DNA from: Mobula hypostoma
Taxonomy: Eukaryota
Assembly: GCF_963921235.1 (NCBI RefSeq)
Contig: NC_086097.1
Span: 115,074,001 to 115,138,000, forward strand
DNA length: 64,000 nt
Reading direction: 5' to 3'
This document shows, piece after piece, positions 37,273-50,100 of the stretch. The position numbers and the translations under genes were made by a program. Every line of letters begins with the position of its first letter. The first letter of the stretch is position 1. The notes beneath the pieces were generated by a model. It saw only the letters and a list, made by a program, of their open reading frames with translations, made no database searches and was not told the origin of the DNA.

Positions 37273-37522
37273 CGTACCATATAGGCTACAGTATTATAAG
37301 GGACTACTTTATACTGACTACTTAAAGGGACTACTTTATGTTTTAGTAACTCACCATTGAATGCACTTTTAGGTGCATATTGAGCATGAGCTATTAGGTG
37401 TGTATTGATCTGTACGTGTGTGCTGGGTTCGGTTTCTCCCAGTAAAGACCAATGAACCTTAGCACCCATCTCCAGCATTTTTATTAATAGCATTGTTGTG
37501 TAACCAGGCCACATACTCAACA
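37273..37522 (+). repeat. 3' LTR of the SUDS3-carrying element
   Basis: Follows the PPT, begins cgtacc (T>C relative to the 5' LTR), ends caaca, and is followed by the TSD ACATG. Confidence 0.92.
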
Positions 37523-37854
37523 ACATGTATCTGTAATAACCTTCATTATTTTCCCCCTCCCCCTTTCCTTTTCTTCCATTCCCCATTCTGGCTCTCCTCT
37601 TACTCTTCTCTTCTCCTCATCTGCCTATCATCTCCCCCTGGTGCCTCTCCTCCTTCTCTTTCACCCACGGTCTACTCTCTTCTCCTATCAGATTCCATCT
37701 TCTTCAGCCCTTTACTGCTGCCACCTATCACCTCCCAGCTTCTCACTTCATTCCCCACCCACCCCTGCCACCCACCAAACTACAGAGAGGGAGACAGGAT
37801 ATGTCCAAGCTCATTTGTATGTAGCCATTGATATTTTTTCACTTTACTTACAGT

Positions 37855-38530
37855 CACAGATCATAGAACATTATAGCACAGAAACAGGCCTTTCAGCCCA
37901 TCTAGTTCATGCCAAACTATTATTCTACCTAGTTCCAACAACCTACACCTGGATCATAGCCCTCCATATCCCTCCCAACTACATACTTACCCAAATTTCT
38001 TAAATATTAAAATTGAACCCACTTCCACCACTTCTGCTGGCAGCTCATTCTACAACCTCACCACCCTCTGAATGAAGAAGCTCCCCCTCATGTTCCCGTT
38101 AAATATTTCATCTTTCACCCTTAACCCATGACATCTATTTCTAGTCTCATCCAAACTCTGTGGGGGAGAAACCTACTTGCATTTATTCTAACTATACTGC
38201 TCATAATTTTGTATACGTCTAACAGATCTCCCCTCATTCTCCTATGCTTCAGGGGAAAAAAAACTCAGCCTTTCTCTATAACTCAGGTCCTCAAGTCTCA
38301 ACAGCATCCTTGTAAATCTTCTCTGCATTCTTTCAATCTTATTGATATCTTTCCTGTAGTTAGGCACACAATAATCCACATTAGGCCTCACCAATATCTT
38401 AGACAACTTCAACATAACATCCCACCCCCATGTACTCAATAATTTGAGTTACGAAGATCAATGTACCAAAAGCTCTCCTTATGATGCTATCTATGTCCCT
38501 TTGAAGGAATTCGTATGTTCTGGACTTCCT
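37855..38530 (-). mobile_element. CR1/HER1-like LINE 3' fragment
   Basis: LVRP..YRKDINKIERMQRRFTRML on the minus strand. Confidence 0.75.
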
Positions 38531-38754
38531 GACTCCCCTCCCAGTTAACTGCTGATAAGTGAGCAGTATAGAAACACAAGGAAGATAAGAACACTGAATT
38601 GCTTAGTTTTATCAGTATTAGTATTGGTATTAGCTTATTGTTATCATATGTACCGAGATACAGTGCTAATCTTTGCTTTTGCAAGCAATTATTGCAGTTC
38701 ATATCAAAGTACTTTGAGGTAGTGCAATGGGAAGGCAATACAGAATGCAGAATA

Positions 38755-40400
38755 TTGCGAACACAAGAGATTTTGCAAATGCTGGAAATCCAGAGTAACA
38801 CCCAGAAACTATTGGAGGAACTTGAAAGCTCAGGCAGCATCTACGGAGAGGAATAAATAGTCGATGTTGTTGGGCTGAGGAAGGGGGGAGAAGCCAGAAT
38901 AGGAAGGTGGGTGGAGGGGAAGAAGTACATGCTAGAAGGTGATGGGTGAAGTTTGGTGGGTGGTGGGGTGGGGTGGGAAGTGAGAAGCTGGGAGGTGATA
39001 GGCGAAAACAGTAATGGGCTGAAGAATGCAAACACAAGGAAATCTGCAGATGCTGGAATTTCAAGCAACACACATAAAAGTTGCTGGTGAACGCAGCAGG
39101 CCAGGCAGCAACTCTAGGAAGAGGTATTGTCGACATTTTGGGCTGAGACCCTTCGTCAGGACTAACTGAAAGAAGATCTAGTAAGAGATTTGAAAATGGG
39201 AGAGGGAGGGAGCGATCCGAAATGATATGAGAAGACAGGAGGGGGAGGGATGGAGCCAAGAGCTGAACAGTTGATTGGCAAAAGGGATATGAGAGGATCA
39301 TGGGACAGGAGGCCGAGGGAGAAAGAAAAGAAGGAGGGTGAGCCCAGAGGATGGGCAAGGGGTATAGTCAGAGGGACAGAGGGAGAAAACCTGATGGCAT
39401 GAATATTGACTTCTCAAACTTCTGCTAATGCCCCACTTCCCCCTTGTACCCCATCCGTTATGTATTTATATACACATATCCTTTTTCTCTCTCTCCTTTT
39501 TCTCCCTCTGTCGCTCTCACTATACCCCTTGCCCATCCTCTGGGCTTTTTCTCCCCCTTTCCCTTTTCTTTCCTCCTAGGCCTCCTGTCCCATGATCCTC
39601 TCATATCACTTTTGCCAGTCAACTGTCCAGCTCTTGGCTCCATCCCTCCCCCTCCTGTCTTCTCCTATCATTTCAGATCTCCCCCTCCCCCTCCCACTTT
39701 CAAATCTCTTACTAGCTCTTCTTTCAGTTCGTCCTGACAAAGGGTCTCAGCCTGAAATGTCGACTGGACCTCTTCCTCGAGATGCTGCCTGGCCTGCTGC
39801 GTTCACCAGCAACTTTTATAAGGGCTGAAGAAGGTGGAATCTGATAGGAGAAGACAGTAGACCATGGGCGAAAGAGAAGGAGGAAAGGTACCAGGGGGAG
39901 ATGATCGGCAGATGAGAGGAGAAGAGAAGAGTAAGAGGGAAGCCAGAATGGGGAATGGAAGAAAAGGAAAGTGGGAGGGGGAAAATGACTAGAAAGTAGT
40001 GAAATCGATGTTCATGCCATCAGGTATGAAGATGAGATGTCGCTTCTCCAGCCTGAAAATGGCTTTGTTATAGTCATATAGGAGATCATAGACCAACATG
40101 TTGGAATGGGAATGGGGATTGGCCAACAGCAAATCCTGCATGTTGCAGATGGAGTGAAGGTGCTTGACAAAGCGGTTCCCCAATCCATGTCAGGTCTTAC
40201 CAACATAGAGGAGGCTGCGTCGGGAGCAACGGATAGTGTAGATGACCCCCAACAGATTTGCAGGTGAAATGTTGCCTAACCTGGAAAGACTGTTTGGGGC
40301 CCTGAATGGAGGCTGGGGAGGAGGTGAATGGGCAGGTGTAGCATTTCTTCCACTTGCAGGGATAAGTGCCAGGAGTGGTATCTTTTGTGGTACCTTCTGT
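38755..40400 (-). mobile_element. Old Penelope-like 3' fragment containing a younger inverted pLTR insertion (39027-39821)
   Basis: PGTYPCKWKKCYTCP..QGPKQSFQVRQHFTC and PDGMNIDF on the minus strand. The inner insertion is flanked by an 11-bp duplication GGGCTGAAGAA at 39016-39026 and 39822-39832. Confidence 0.8.
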
Positions 40401-41046
40401 CTGATGATGGGGAGGAGAGAAAATGTTCAGGGTTCTGGCTGCTTTAAACCATAAGACATAGGAGCAGAATTTGGCCATTTGACCCATTGAGCCAGCTCCA
40501 CCATTACATGGCTGACTTATTATCCCTCCCCACTCCATTCGCCTACCTTCTCCCTGGAACTTTTGACACCCTTACTAATCAAGAATCACTCAGATTCTGC
40601 TTTAAATATTCCCAATAACTCCTCACTCATCTTTGGAAATGAATTCCACCCCTTGTGCTTTACTAAGGCAGCAAGAAGAGTAGACAGGTTTCATGGAGGG
40701 GAGGCAGGTTTCCATGAAGCACTGAGCTGCGTCTACAGCTCTGTGCAATTTCTTGCAGTTCTGTGCAGAGCAGATGCCATACCAAGCTGTGATCCATCTG
40801 GATAGGATGCTTTCTAAAGTGCATCTATAAAAAATGTCAACACTATTACATCTAGGTATCAAACGATGTGTGAAACGAAGTGACTCTCAATCAATGTTTA
40901 GCACAACTTAATTAATCTTTATTAGTGCTTGAGTTGCATAAACATGCATGTATACTACTGACTGTTAATAACTTCATATTTACTTACAGTTCCAACTTAT
41001 CACTTCTTACTCTAAATTACAAGACTCAAAGCTTAGACTCAAAAAC

Positions 41047-41593
41047 ACTCAGTGGCCACGTCATTGGATACTTCCTGTACTTAATAACATGGCTACTGAG
41101 TGTACGTTCCTGGTTTTCTGCCGCTGTAGTCCACTCAATTCAAGGTTCAATGTGTTGTGAGTTCAGCGATGTTCTTCAGCACATCATTGTTGTAACATGT
41201 GGTTATTTAATTTGCTATCCCTTTCCTGTCAACTTGAACCAGTTTGCTCAATTTCCTCTGATCTCTCTTATTGACAAGGCATTTTCACCCACAGAACTGC
41301 TGCTCACTGAACATTTTTTTTTTGTTTTTTGAACCATTCTCTGTCAACTCTGTTTTGTGTGAAAATCCCAGGAGATCAGAAGTTTCTGAGATAGTCTAAC
41401 CACCCGGTCTGGCACCAACAATCATTCCATGGTCGAAGTCACTGAGATCACATTTCTTCCCCATTCTAATGTTTCGTCTGAAACACAACTGAACCTGCTT
41501 TTATGCATTGAGCGAGTGCCACATGATTGGCTGATGCGATATTTGCATTAACGAGCAGGTGTACGGTGTACTTAATGAAGTGGCCACTGGGTG
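41047..41593. mobile_element. Tc1/mariner-like MITE
   Basis: TIRs cactcagtggccac and gtggccactgggtg. Confidence 0.7.
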
Positions 41594-41750
41594 TGAAATG
41601 TACTTGCCAGGTTGCTGTCACCAGAGTTGAGCTGGTGGTGTAATCTGAGTTCCAAGCTCAGGGTCTTCCTTCTGCGATGGTCATTCCCCAAGTTCAAGAT
41701 TCAAGTTCATTTATTACATGCACACTGAAACATACAGTGAAATGTGTCAT

Positions 41751-44342
41751 CGCAAGATCCTACGTCTACGGACTCCAGAGCCTGCCGGCCCCGACGCTAG
41801 CAGGCATGAACTTCAGATTGCGGCCCCTGCCATTGATCTCGGCGGCTCCAACACCTCAGGGCATATTCAAAACCCGGACTCCAGCAACGACCATGGACAC
41901 ATTCACAGCGATTGCGCAACCACCAACTGCGACTCCAACCTTGAACTCCAGGCCGGGTCTTTATGTGCTGCTGTTGTGACTCCCGTCTCCCCTTCCCCCA
42001 CCACCACTCTGCAACCCCGTCTCCGTCAGATCCCACTGTCAACTCCTGGGCCCTCAGAGGCTCCATCTTCCTCTCACCCCAACCCTCCCCTTTCCATTGA
42101 CACCCCCAGCCTCCCCCCTCCCCCCTCTGATCCCAGCTCTCATCCATGCCGGGTCTTTACCATCCCCTCCGACCTTCAACTGTCGGAGGCAGAACGCTCT
42201 GTTCTCAGTAAGGGCCTCACCTTTGTCCCCCTTCGCCCACACCTCAGCGAGTTCCGTGTTCGCCACGATGCGGAACTTTTCTTCCACCGTCTCCGTCTCC
42301 GAGCCTACTTCTTCGGCAAGGACTCTTCCACCCCCACCGATGACCCCTTCTCCCATCTTCAACCCTCCTCTTCTTCATGGACACCTCGCTCTGATCTTCT
42401 GCCTGCTTTGGATCTCTTTATTGCCAACTGCCGACGGGACATCAACCGTCTCGACTTTACCGCACCTTGTCCCCATTCCAACCTCACTCCTTCGGAACGC
42501 TCTGCTCTCCACTCCCTCTGCACTAATCCTAACCTTATTATTAAACCCACCGATAAGAGGGGTGCTGTTGTAGTCTGGCGTACTGACCTCTACCTTGCCG
42601 AGGCACAGCGACAACTCACGGATACCTCCTCTTATTTACCCCTCGATCGTGACCCCATTAAGGAGCACCAGGCCATTGTCTCCCACACCATCACTGACTT
42701 TATCCGCTCAGGGGATCTCCCATCCACTGCTACCAACCTTATAGTTCCCACAGCCCGCACTCCCCGTTTCTACCTCCTACCCAAGATCCACAAACCTGCC
42801 TGTCCTGGCCGACCTATTGTCTCAGCTTGCTCCTGCCCCACCGAACTCATTTCTGCATACCTCGACACTGTTTTATCACCCCTTGTTCAATCCCTTCCGA
42901 CCTATGTTCGTGACACTTCTCACGCTCTTAAACTTTTCGATGATTTTAAGTTCCCTGGCCCCCACCGCTTTATTTTCACCATGGATGTCCAGTCCTTATA
43001 TACTTCCATCCCCCATCAGGAAGGTCTCAAAGCTCTACGCTTCTTTTTGGATTCCAGACCTAATCAGTTCCCCTCTAACACCACTCTGCTCTGTCTAGCA
43101 GAATTAGTCCTTACTCTTAATAATTTCTCCTTTGGCTCCTCCCACTTCCTCCAAACTAAAGGTGTAGCTATGAGCACCCGTATGGGTCCTAGCTATGCCT
43201 GCCTTTTTGTTGGGTTTGTGGAACAATCTATGTTCCGTGCCTATTCTGGTATCTGTCCCCCACTTTTCCTTCGCTACATCGACGACTGCATTGGCGCTGC
43301 TTCTTGCACGCATGCAGAACTCGTTGACTTTATTAACTTTGCCTCCAACTTTCACCCTGCCCTCAAGTTTACCTGGTCCATTTCTGACACCTCCCTCCCC
43401 TTTCTAGATCTTTCTGTCTCTGTCTCTGGAGACAGCTTATCCACTCATGTCTACTATAAGCCTACTGACTCTCACAGCTATCTGGACTATTCCTCTTCTC
43501 ACCCTGTCTCTTGCAAAAACGCCATCCCCTTCTCGCAATTCCTCCGTCTCCGCTGCATCTGCTCTCAGGATGAGGCTTTTCATTCTAGGACGAGGGAGAT
43601 GTCTTCCTTTTTTAAAGAAAGGGGCTTCCCTTCCTCCACTATCAACTCTGCTCTTAAACGCATCTCCCCCATTTCACGTACATCTGCTCTCACTCCATCC
43701 TCCCGCCACCCCACTAGGAATAGGGTTCCCCTGGTCCTCACCTACCACCCCACCAGCCTCCGGGTCCAACATATTATTCTCCGTAACTTCCGCCATCTCC
43801 AACGGGATCCCACCACTAAGCACATCTTTCCCTCCCCCCCTCTCTCTGCATTCCGCAGGGATCGCTCCCTACACAACTCCCTTGTCCATTCGTCCCCCCC
43901 ATCCCTCCCCACTGATCTCCCTCCTGGCACTTATCCGTGTAAACGGAACAAGTGCTACACATGCCCTTACACTTCCTCCCTTACCACCATTCAGGGCCCC
44001 GAATAGTCCTTCTTGGTGAGGCAACACTTCACCTGTGAGTCGACTGGTGTGATATACTGCGTCCGGTGCTCCCGATGTGGCCTTTTATATATTGGCGAGA
44101 CCCGACGCAGACTGGGAGACTGCTTTGCTGAACATCTACGCTCTGTCCGCCAGAGAAAGCAGGATCTCCCAGTGGCCACACATTTTAATTCCACATCCCA
44201 TTCCCATTCTGACATGTCTATCCATGGCCTCCTCTACTGTAAAGATGAAGCCACACTCAGGTTGGAGGAACAACACCTTATATTCCGTCTGGGTAGCCTC
44301 CAACCTGATGGCATGAACATCGACTTCTCTAACTTCCGCTAG
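41751..44342 (+). pseudogene. PLE RT-GIY-YIG polyprotein with a single in-frame stop at 44004-44006
   Basis: ORFs 41718-44006 and 44013-44342 are in the same frame. QGPE*SF corresponds to QGPKQSF in the copy at about 40300. Confidence 0.9.
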
Positions 44343-44636
44343 GCCCCACCTCCCCCTCGTACCCCATCTGTTACTTATTTTTATGCACACATTCTTTCTC
44401 TCACTCTCCTTTTTCTCCCTCTGTCCCTCTGACTATACCTCTTGCCCATCCTCTGGGTCACCCCCAGCCTTGTCTTTCTTCCCGGACCTCCTGTCCCATG
44501 ATCTTCACGTATCCCCTTTTGCCTATCACCTGTCCAGCTCTTGGCTCCATCCCTCCCCCTCCTGTCTTCTCCTATCATTTTGGATCTCCCCCTCCCCCTC
44601 CAACTTTCAAATCCCTTACTCACTCTTCCTTCAGTT

Positions 44637-44672
44637 AGTCCTGACGAAGGGTCTAGGCCTGAAACGTCGACT
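44637..44672 (+). ncRNA. Minimal type I hammerhead ribozyme in the PLE pLTR
   Basis: agtc-CTGACGA-agggtctaggcct-GAAA-cGTC-gact: stem I agtc/gact, conserved core, short stem II, palindromic ACGT stem III and a GUC cleavage triplet. Confidence 0.85.
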
Positions 44673-46776
44673 GCGCCTCTTCCTATAGATGCTGCTTGGC
44701 CTGCTGCGTTCACCAGCAACTTTGATGTCTGTTGAGTGAAATGTGTCATTTATGTTAACAAGCAACATGCCCTTGGGTGTGTTGGGAGCAGCCTGCAAGT
44801 GTTGTCACACATGTTAGCGCCAGTGCTCGGCAAGAAAACACACACTGTAACAGAACAGAACATAGCAAACAACAAAACAACAAGAAGATCCATACCGTCC
44901 TCACACCCATGAACATACTCCATCCTCCATTCCCAGGACGGGCCATCTTTGGCTTCCATCCTCCGGTCGACTCAGATTTGGAATGAGGCTTGCAGACATT
45001 GGGTTTTGACCTCCCTAGTAGACTCACAGAGATTCGCAGACTCCGGACAATGGGCCTTGACTTCCAGTCTTCCCATCCGACCCCTGAGCCCTGATTCTCA
45101 ATCTTCAGTTGTGGCTACTGATGTTGCTCCAGATTCCAGCAACTGCAATCTTGTGCATCTACAAACCCGGAACACTGTTTACAATAATATAAAGACACAA
45201 TAAAGGCAAGAAAGTGTTCGCTGCTATGCTAATATATGAGTGCAAATGAGGAATAGATTCAACATTTCAGAAGATTTGAATCAAATTATCATAGCTTTGT
45301 CTTTTGTGCATTCGCATACTTCCCTAATTTTTCAGGTTTTACTTGAAATCATTTGCTTGTTTTATCATCCTTCTTCCTGGTCAATTGACTCCATGGTAGA
45401 ACAGAATGGCTTCTGTAAACCAACTCTGGAACAGTTTTTACGTATTCATGGTGGATAAAGTTAATTCAGCTGCTTCACTGTATTTCTACATGGTGGGTTT
45501 GACATTTTCCTGATCAATGAAAAAGATGATTTTATTTAACTGGTTAACATTTCATTTTTTGTGGCTGCAGCTGAAGGCTTTAGAGTGAGTACACCAGCTA
45601 ATCTGGTTAAAGAAAAAGTATCTCAGTACAAACAGACAGCACAGAAGTGCAATTACCACGCCAGTGACCCAGGTCCATTTCCGTCGTTGTCTGTAAGAAG
45701 TTTGTACATTCTCCCCATGACCGCATAGGTTTCCACCAGGTGCTCCGGTTTCCTCGCACTTTCCAAAGGTGTACAGGTTAGTAGGTTAATTGGTGACATT
45801 GGTGTAACTGGGTGGTGTGAGCTTGTTGGCCCAGAAGGCCATGTTACTGTGTTGTATCTCTAAATAAGTATAAATAAAAATAAACAAACAAATACTGTTA
45901 AGTATGATGCAAAGTTATTTAACAGGAACATGAGGGGGATCTTCCTCACAGAAAGGGTAGTGAGAGTGTGGAAGGAGCTGTCAGTGGAAGTGATGGTTGT
46001 GAGATTGATTTCTACATTTAAGAGAGATTTAGACAAATGCACGGATGTCAGGCGTATGGAGGGATATGGTCCTGATGAAGCTCAATGGGACTAGGCAGAA
46101 TCATAGTTTGCCATAGATTAGATGGGCTGAAGGGCCTGCTTCTATGACTCTATGGCTCTACAGGAAACAATCTCAAAATGAATGTAAGAAAATATTGGTA
46201 TATGGAGAATTGACCGTGTATCAGGGTCCAATTATACAAAAGTGAAGGTACAATATTTGTAACCTGTGTTTGTAAACTAGGGGACTTATAAACCAGTAGA
46301 AAATAAAAGAAATAGAGTAAATATTGACATCCTCAATGTTAAAGTTCTTGATATTGCTCAGTCAAGCTCATCCTGAATTTAAGAAGGCAAGTGCAGAATA
46401 TCAATAAAACACACTCAATTGACATTAATTGTACCAGCAGTCAGAGTAAACTCATTTTTTATTTAACTCTCTGGAGATTTCTTACAAATCCTCCTTCAGG
46501 AATACTGGAACTACAGTTAACACACCACACCATTGTTAAGGAATAGCCCTGGGGCATACAAACTGCTCACCAAATCGGACTGAATTGAATTGGATATTCC
46601 TGGAGAAGTTCGGCAGATTATCATCCATGTGAAACATCTCTCAGCGTAGTTTGTAGGAATCACTAAAAGATCATTTGAAAACTCTCAGAACCCAAATAAT
46701 TTATTCATGTTATTCAGGTCAGACAAAAATGTGACTTAAGTACCTTCAGTTGCTCAGAGTACCAATGCTTCCTGTG

Positions 46777-47907
46777 GTGCATTCAACACCATCCGCCCTG
46801 CTCTGCTGGGGGAGAAGCTGACAGCGATGCAGGTGGATGCTTTCCTGGTGTCATAGATTATTGATTACCTGACTGGCAGACCACAGTATGTGTGCTTGCA
46901 ACACTGTGTGTCAGACAGAGTGATCAGCAGCACTGAGGCTTCACAGGGGACTGTCTTGTCTCCCTTTCTCTTCACCATTTACACCTCAGACTTCAGCTAC
47001 TGCACAGAGTCTTGTCATCTTCAGAAGTTTTCGGATGACTCTGCCATAGTTGGATGCATCAGCAAGGGAGATGAGGCTGAGTACAGGGCTATGGTAGGAA
47101 ACTTTGTCACATGGTGTGAGCAAAATTATCTACAGCTTAATGTGAAAAAGACTAAGGAGCTGGTGGTGGACCTGAGGAGGGCTAAGGCACTGGTGACCCC
47201 TGTTTCCATCCAGGGGGTCAGTGTGGACATGGTGGAGGATTACAAATACCTGGGGATATGAATTGACAATAAACTGAACTGGTCAAAGAACACTGAGGCT
47301 GTCTACAAGAAGGGTCAGAGCCATCTCTATTTCCTGAGGAGACTGTGGTCCTTTAACATCTGTCGGACGATGCTGAGGATGTTCTATGAGTCTATGGTGG
47401 CCAGTGCTATCATGTTTGCTGTTGTGTGCTGGGGCTGCAGGCTAAGGGTAGCAGGCACCAACAGAATCAACAAAATAATTCGTAAGGCCAGTGATGTTGT
47501 GGGGATGGAACTGGACTCTCTGATGTTGGTGTCTGAAAAGAGGATGCTATCCAAGTTGCATGCCATCTTGGACAATGTCTCCCATCCACTACATAATGTA
47601 CTGGTTGGGCACAAGAGTACATTCAGACAGAGATTCATTCCGCTGAGATGCAACACTGAGCGTCATAGGAAGTCATTCCTGCCTGTGGCCATCAAACTTT
47701 ACAACTCCTGCCTTGGAGAGTCAGACACCCTGAGCCAATAGGCTGGTCCTGGATTTATGTCCATCTGGCATAATTTACATATTATTATTTAATTATTTAT
47801 GGTTTTATATTGCTATATTTATACTCTATTCTTGGTTGGTACAACTGTAATGAATCCCAGTTTCCCTCGGGATCAATAAAGTATGACTATGACTATGACT
47901 ATGACTA
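46777..47907 (+). mobile_element. 5'-truncated Rex1/Babar LINE (RT) with (TATGAC)n tail
   Basis: AFNTI, QGTVLSPFLFTIYTSD, KFSDDSAIVG, LNVKKTKELVVD and YKYLG motifs, with tail aataaagtatgactatgactatgac. Confidence 0.88.
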
Positions 47908-48029
47908 GTAAATGAAATCAATTGTTTACATAGAAATGTGAACCTGTACTGGATTTTACAAGGTGGGGAAGGGGGAGATCGCATTGAAACCTTTTGAATA
48001 TTCAAAGACCTAGATAAAATGGATATGGA

Positions 48030-50100
48030 GAGGTGAAATTTTGAGAGTACAGAATCTTTATGTTCCTGTTAGGTTGAAAGGAAAGGTTAAAAGTTTGAGA
48101 CAGCCATGGTTTTCAAGGGATATTGGAAACTTGGTTTGAAAAAAGAGAGATATCTACAATAAATATAGGCAGCATGGAGTAAATGAGGTGCTCGAGGAAT
48201 ATAAAGAATGTAAAAAGAATCTTAAGAAAGAAATTAGAAAAGCTGAAAGAAGATATGAAGTTGCTTTGGCAAGTCAGGTGAAAATAAATCCAAAGGGTTT
48301 CTACCATTATATTAATAGCAAAAGGATAGTGAGGGGTAAAATTGGTCCCTTAGAGAATCAGAGTGGACAGCTATGTGTGGAACCAAAAGAGATGGGGGAG
48401 ATTCTGAACAATTTCTTTTCTTTGGTATTCACTAAGGAGAAGGATATTGAATTGTGTAAGCTAAGGGAAACAGATAGGGAAGTTATGGAAACTATGATGA
48501 TTAAAGAAGAATAAGTACTGGAGCTTTTAAGGAATATAAAAGTGGATAAGTCTCCGGGTCCTTACAGGATATTCCCTAGGACCTTGAGGCAAGTTAGTGT
48601 GGAAATAGCAGGGGCTTTGACAGAAATATTTCAAATGTCATCAGAAATGGGGATGGTTCCAGAAGATTGGTGTATTGCTCATGTTGTTCCATTGTTTAAA
48701 AAGTGTTCTAAGAGTAAACCTAGCAATTATTGGCCTGTGAGTTTGACGTCAGTGGTGGTTAAATTGATGGAAAGTATTCTTAGAGATGGTATATATAATT
48801 ATCTGGATAGACAGGGTCTGATTAGGAACAGTCAACATGGATTTGTGCATGGAAGGTCATGTTTGACAAATCTGTTTGAATTTTTTGAAGAGGTTAGCAG
48901 AAAAGTTGACGAGGGTAAAGCGGTGGATGTTATCCATATGGACTTCAGTAAGGCCTTTGACAAGGTCCCACACGGAAGGTTAGTTAGGAAGGTTCAATCG
49001 TTAGGTATTAATATTGAAGTAATAAAATGAATTCAGCAGTGGCTGGATAGGAGATGCTAGAGAGTGGTGATGGATGACTGTTTGTCAGATAGGAGGTCGG
49101 TGTCTAGTGGTGTGCCTCAGGGATCTGTACTGGGTCCAATGTTATTTGTCATATACATTAATGATCTGGATGAAGGGGTGGTAAATTGGATAAGTATGCA
49201 GATGATACTAAGATAGGTGGAGTTGTGGATAATGAAATAGGTTTTCAAAGCTTGCAGAGAAATTTAGGCCAATTAGGAGAGTGGGCTGAAAGATGGCAGA
49301 TGGAGTTTAATGCTGGTAAATGTGAGGTGCTGCATTTTGGTAGGACTAATGAAAATAGGATATACGTGGTAAATGGTAGGGCATTGAAGAATGCAGTAGA
49401 ACAGAGAGATCTAGGAATAATGGTACATAGTTCCCTGAAGGTGGAAACTCATGTGGATTGGGTGGTGAAGAAAGCTTTTGGTATGGTGGCCTTTATAAAT
49501 CAGAGCATTGAGTATAGGAGTCGGCATGTAATGTTGAAATTGTACAATGCATTGGTGAGGCCTATTTTGGAGTATTGTGTACAGTTTTGGTCACCGAATT
49601 ATAGGAAAGATGTCAACAAAATTGAGAGAGTACAGAGAAGATTTACTGGAATATTACCTGGGTTTCATTACCTAAGTTACAGAGAAAGGTTGAACAAGTT
49701 GGGTCTTTATTCTTTGGAACGTAGAAGGTTGAGGGGGGACTTGGTAGAGCTATTTAAAATTATGAGAGGGATAGATAGAGTTGACATGGATAGGCTTTTT
49801 CCATTGAGAGTGGGGGAGTTTCAAACAGAGGACGTGAGTTGAGAGTTAAAGGGCAAAAGTTTAGGGGTAACATGAGGGGGAACTTCTTTACTCAGAGTGG
49901 TAGCTGTGTGGAACCAGCTTCCAGCAGAAGTGGTTGAGGTAGGTCCGATGTTAAATTGGATAGCTATACGGACAAGAAAGGAATGGAAGGTTATGGGTTG
50001 AGTGCAGGTCAGTGGGACTAGGTGAGAGTAAGAGTTCGGCATGGACCAGAAGGGCTGACATGGCCTGTTTCTGTGCTGTAATTGTTATATGGTCATATGG
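48030..50100 (+). mobile_element. CR1/HER1-like LINE ORF2 (RT), few stops
   Basis: [52 protein letters not shown] and ERVQRRFT motifs. Confidence 0.92.

Larger units (their letters stand above)
34195..37522 (+). mobile_element. Non-autonomous Mag-like Ty3/Gypsy LTR retrotransposon carrying a captured SUDS3 cDNA
   Basis: 5' LTR 34195-34392 (tgtacc..caaca) and 3' LTR 37273-37522, with 5-bp TSD ACATG at 34190-34194 and 37523-37527. PBS-like tggcaatgaggat at 34396 and PPT aaaaggggaggag at 37260-37272. It encodes gag and protease, then SUDS3, with no RT, RNaseH or IN core. Confidence 0.95.
41751..44734 (+). mobile_element. Young 5'-truncated Penelope-like element (RT, GIY-YIG endonuclease, pLTR)
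   Basis: Long ORF with FYLLPKIHK, GRPIVS, DVQSLYTSIP, RYIDD and FLDL, then VIYCVRC..LYIGET (GIY-YIG). A 15-bp TSD AGTGAAATGTGTCAT lies at 41736-41750 and 44735-44749. Confidence 0.95.

Noticed and set aside
41718..41750. Start Met of the 762-aa PLE ORF
   Set aside because: MHTETYSEMCH derives from flanking DNA and the TSD. The element begins at 41751 and is 5'-truncated.
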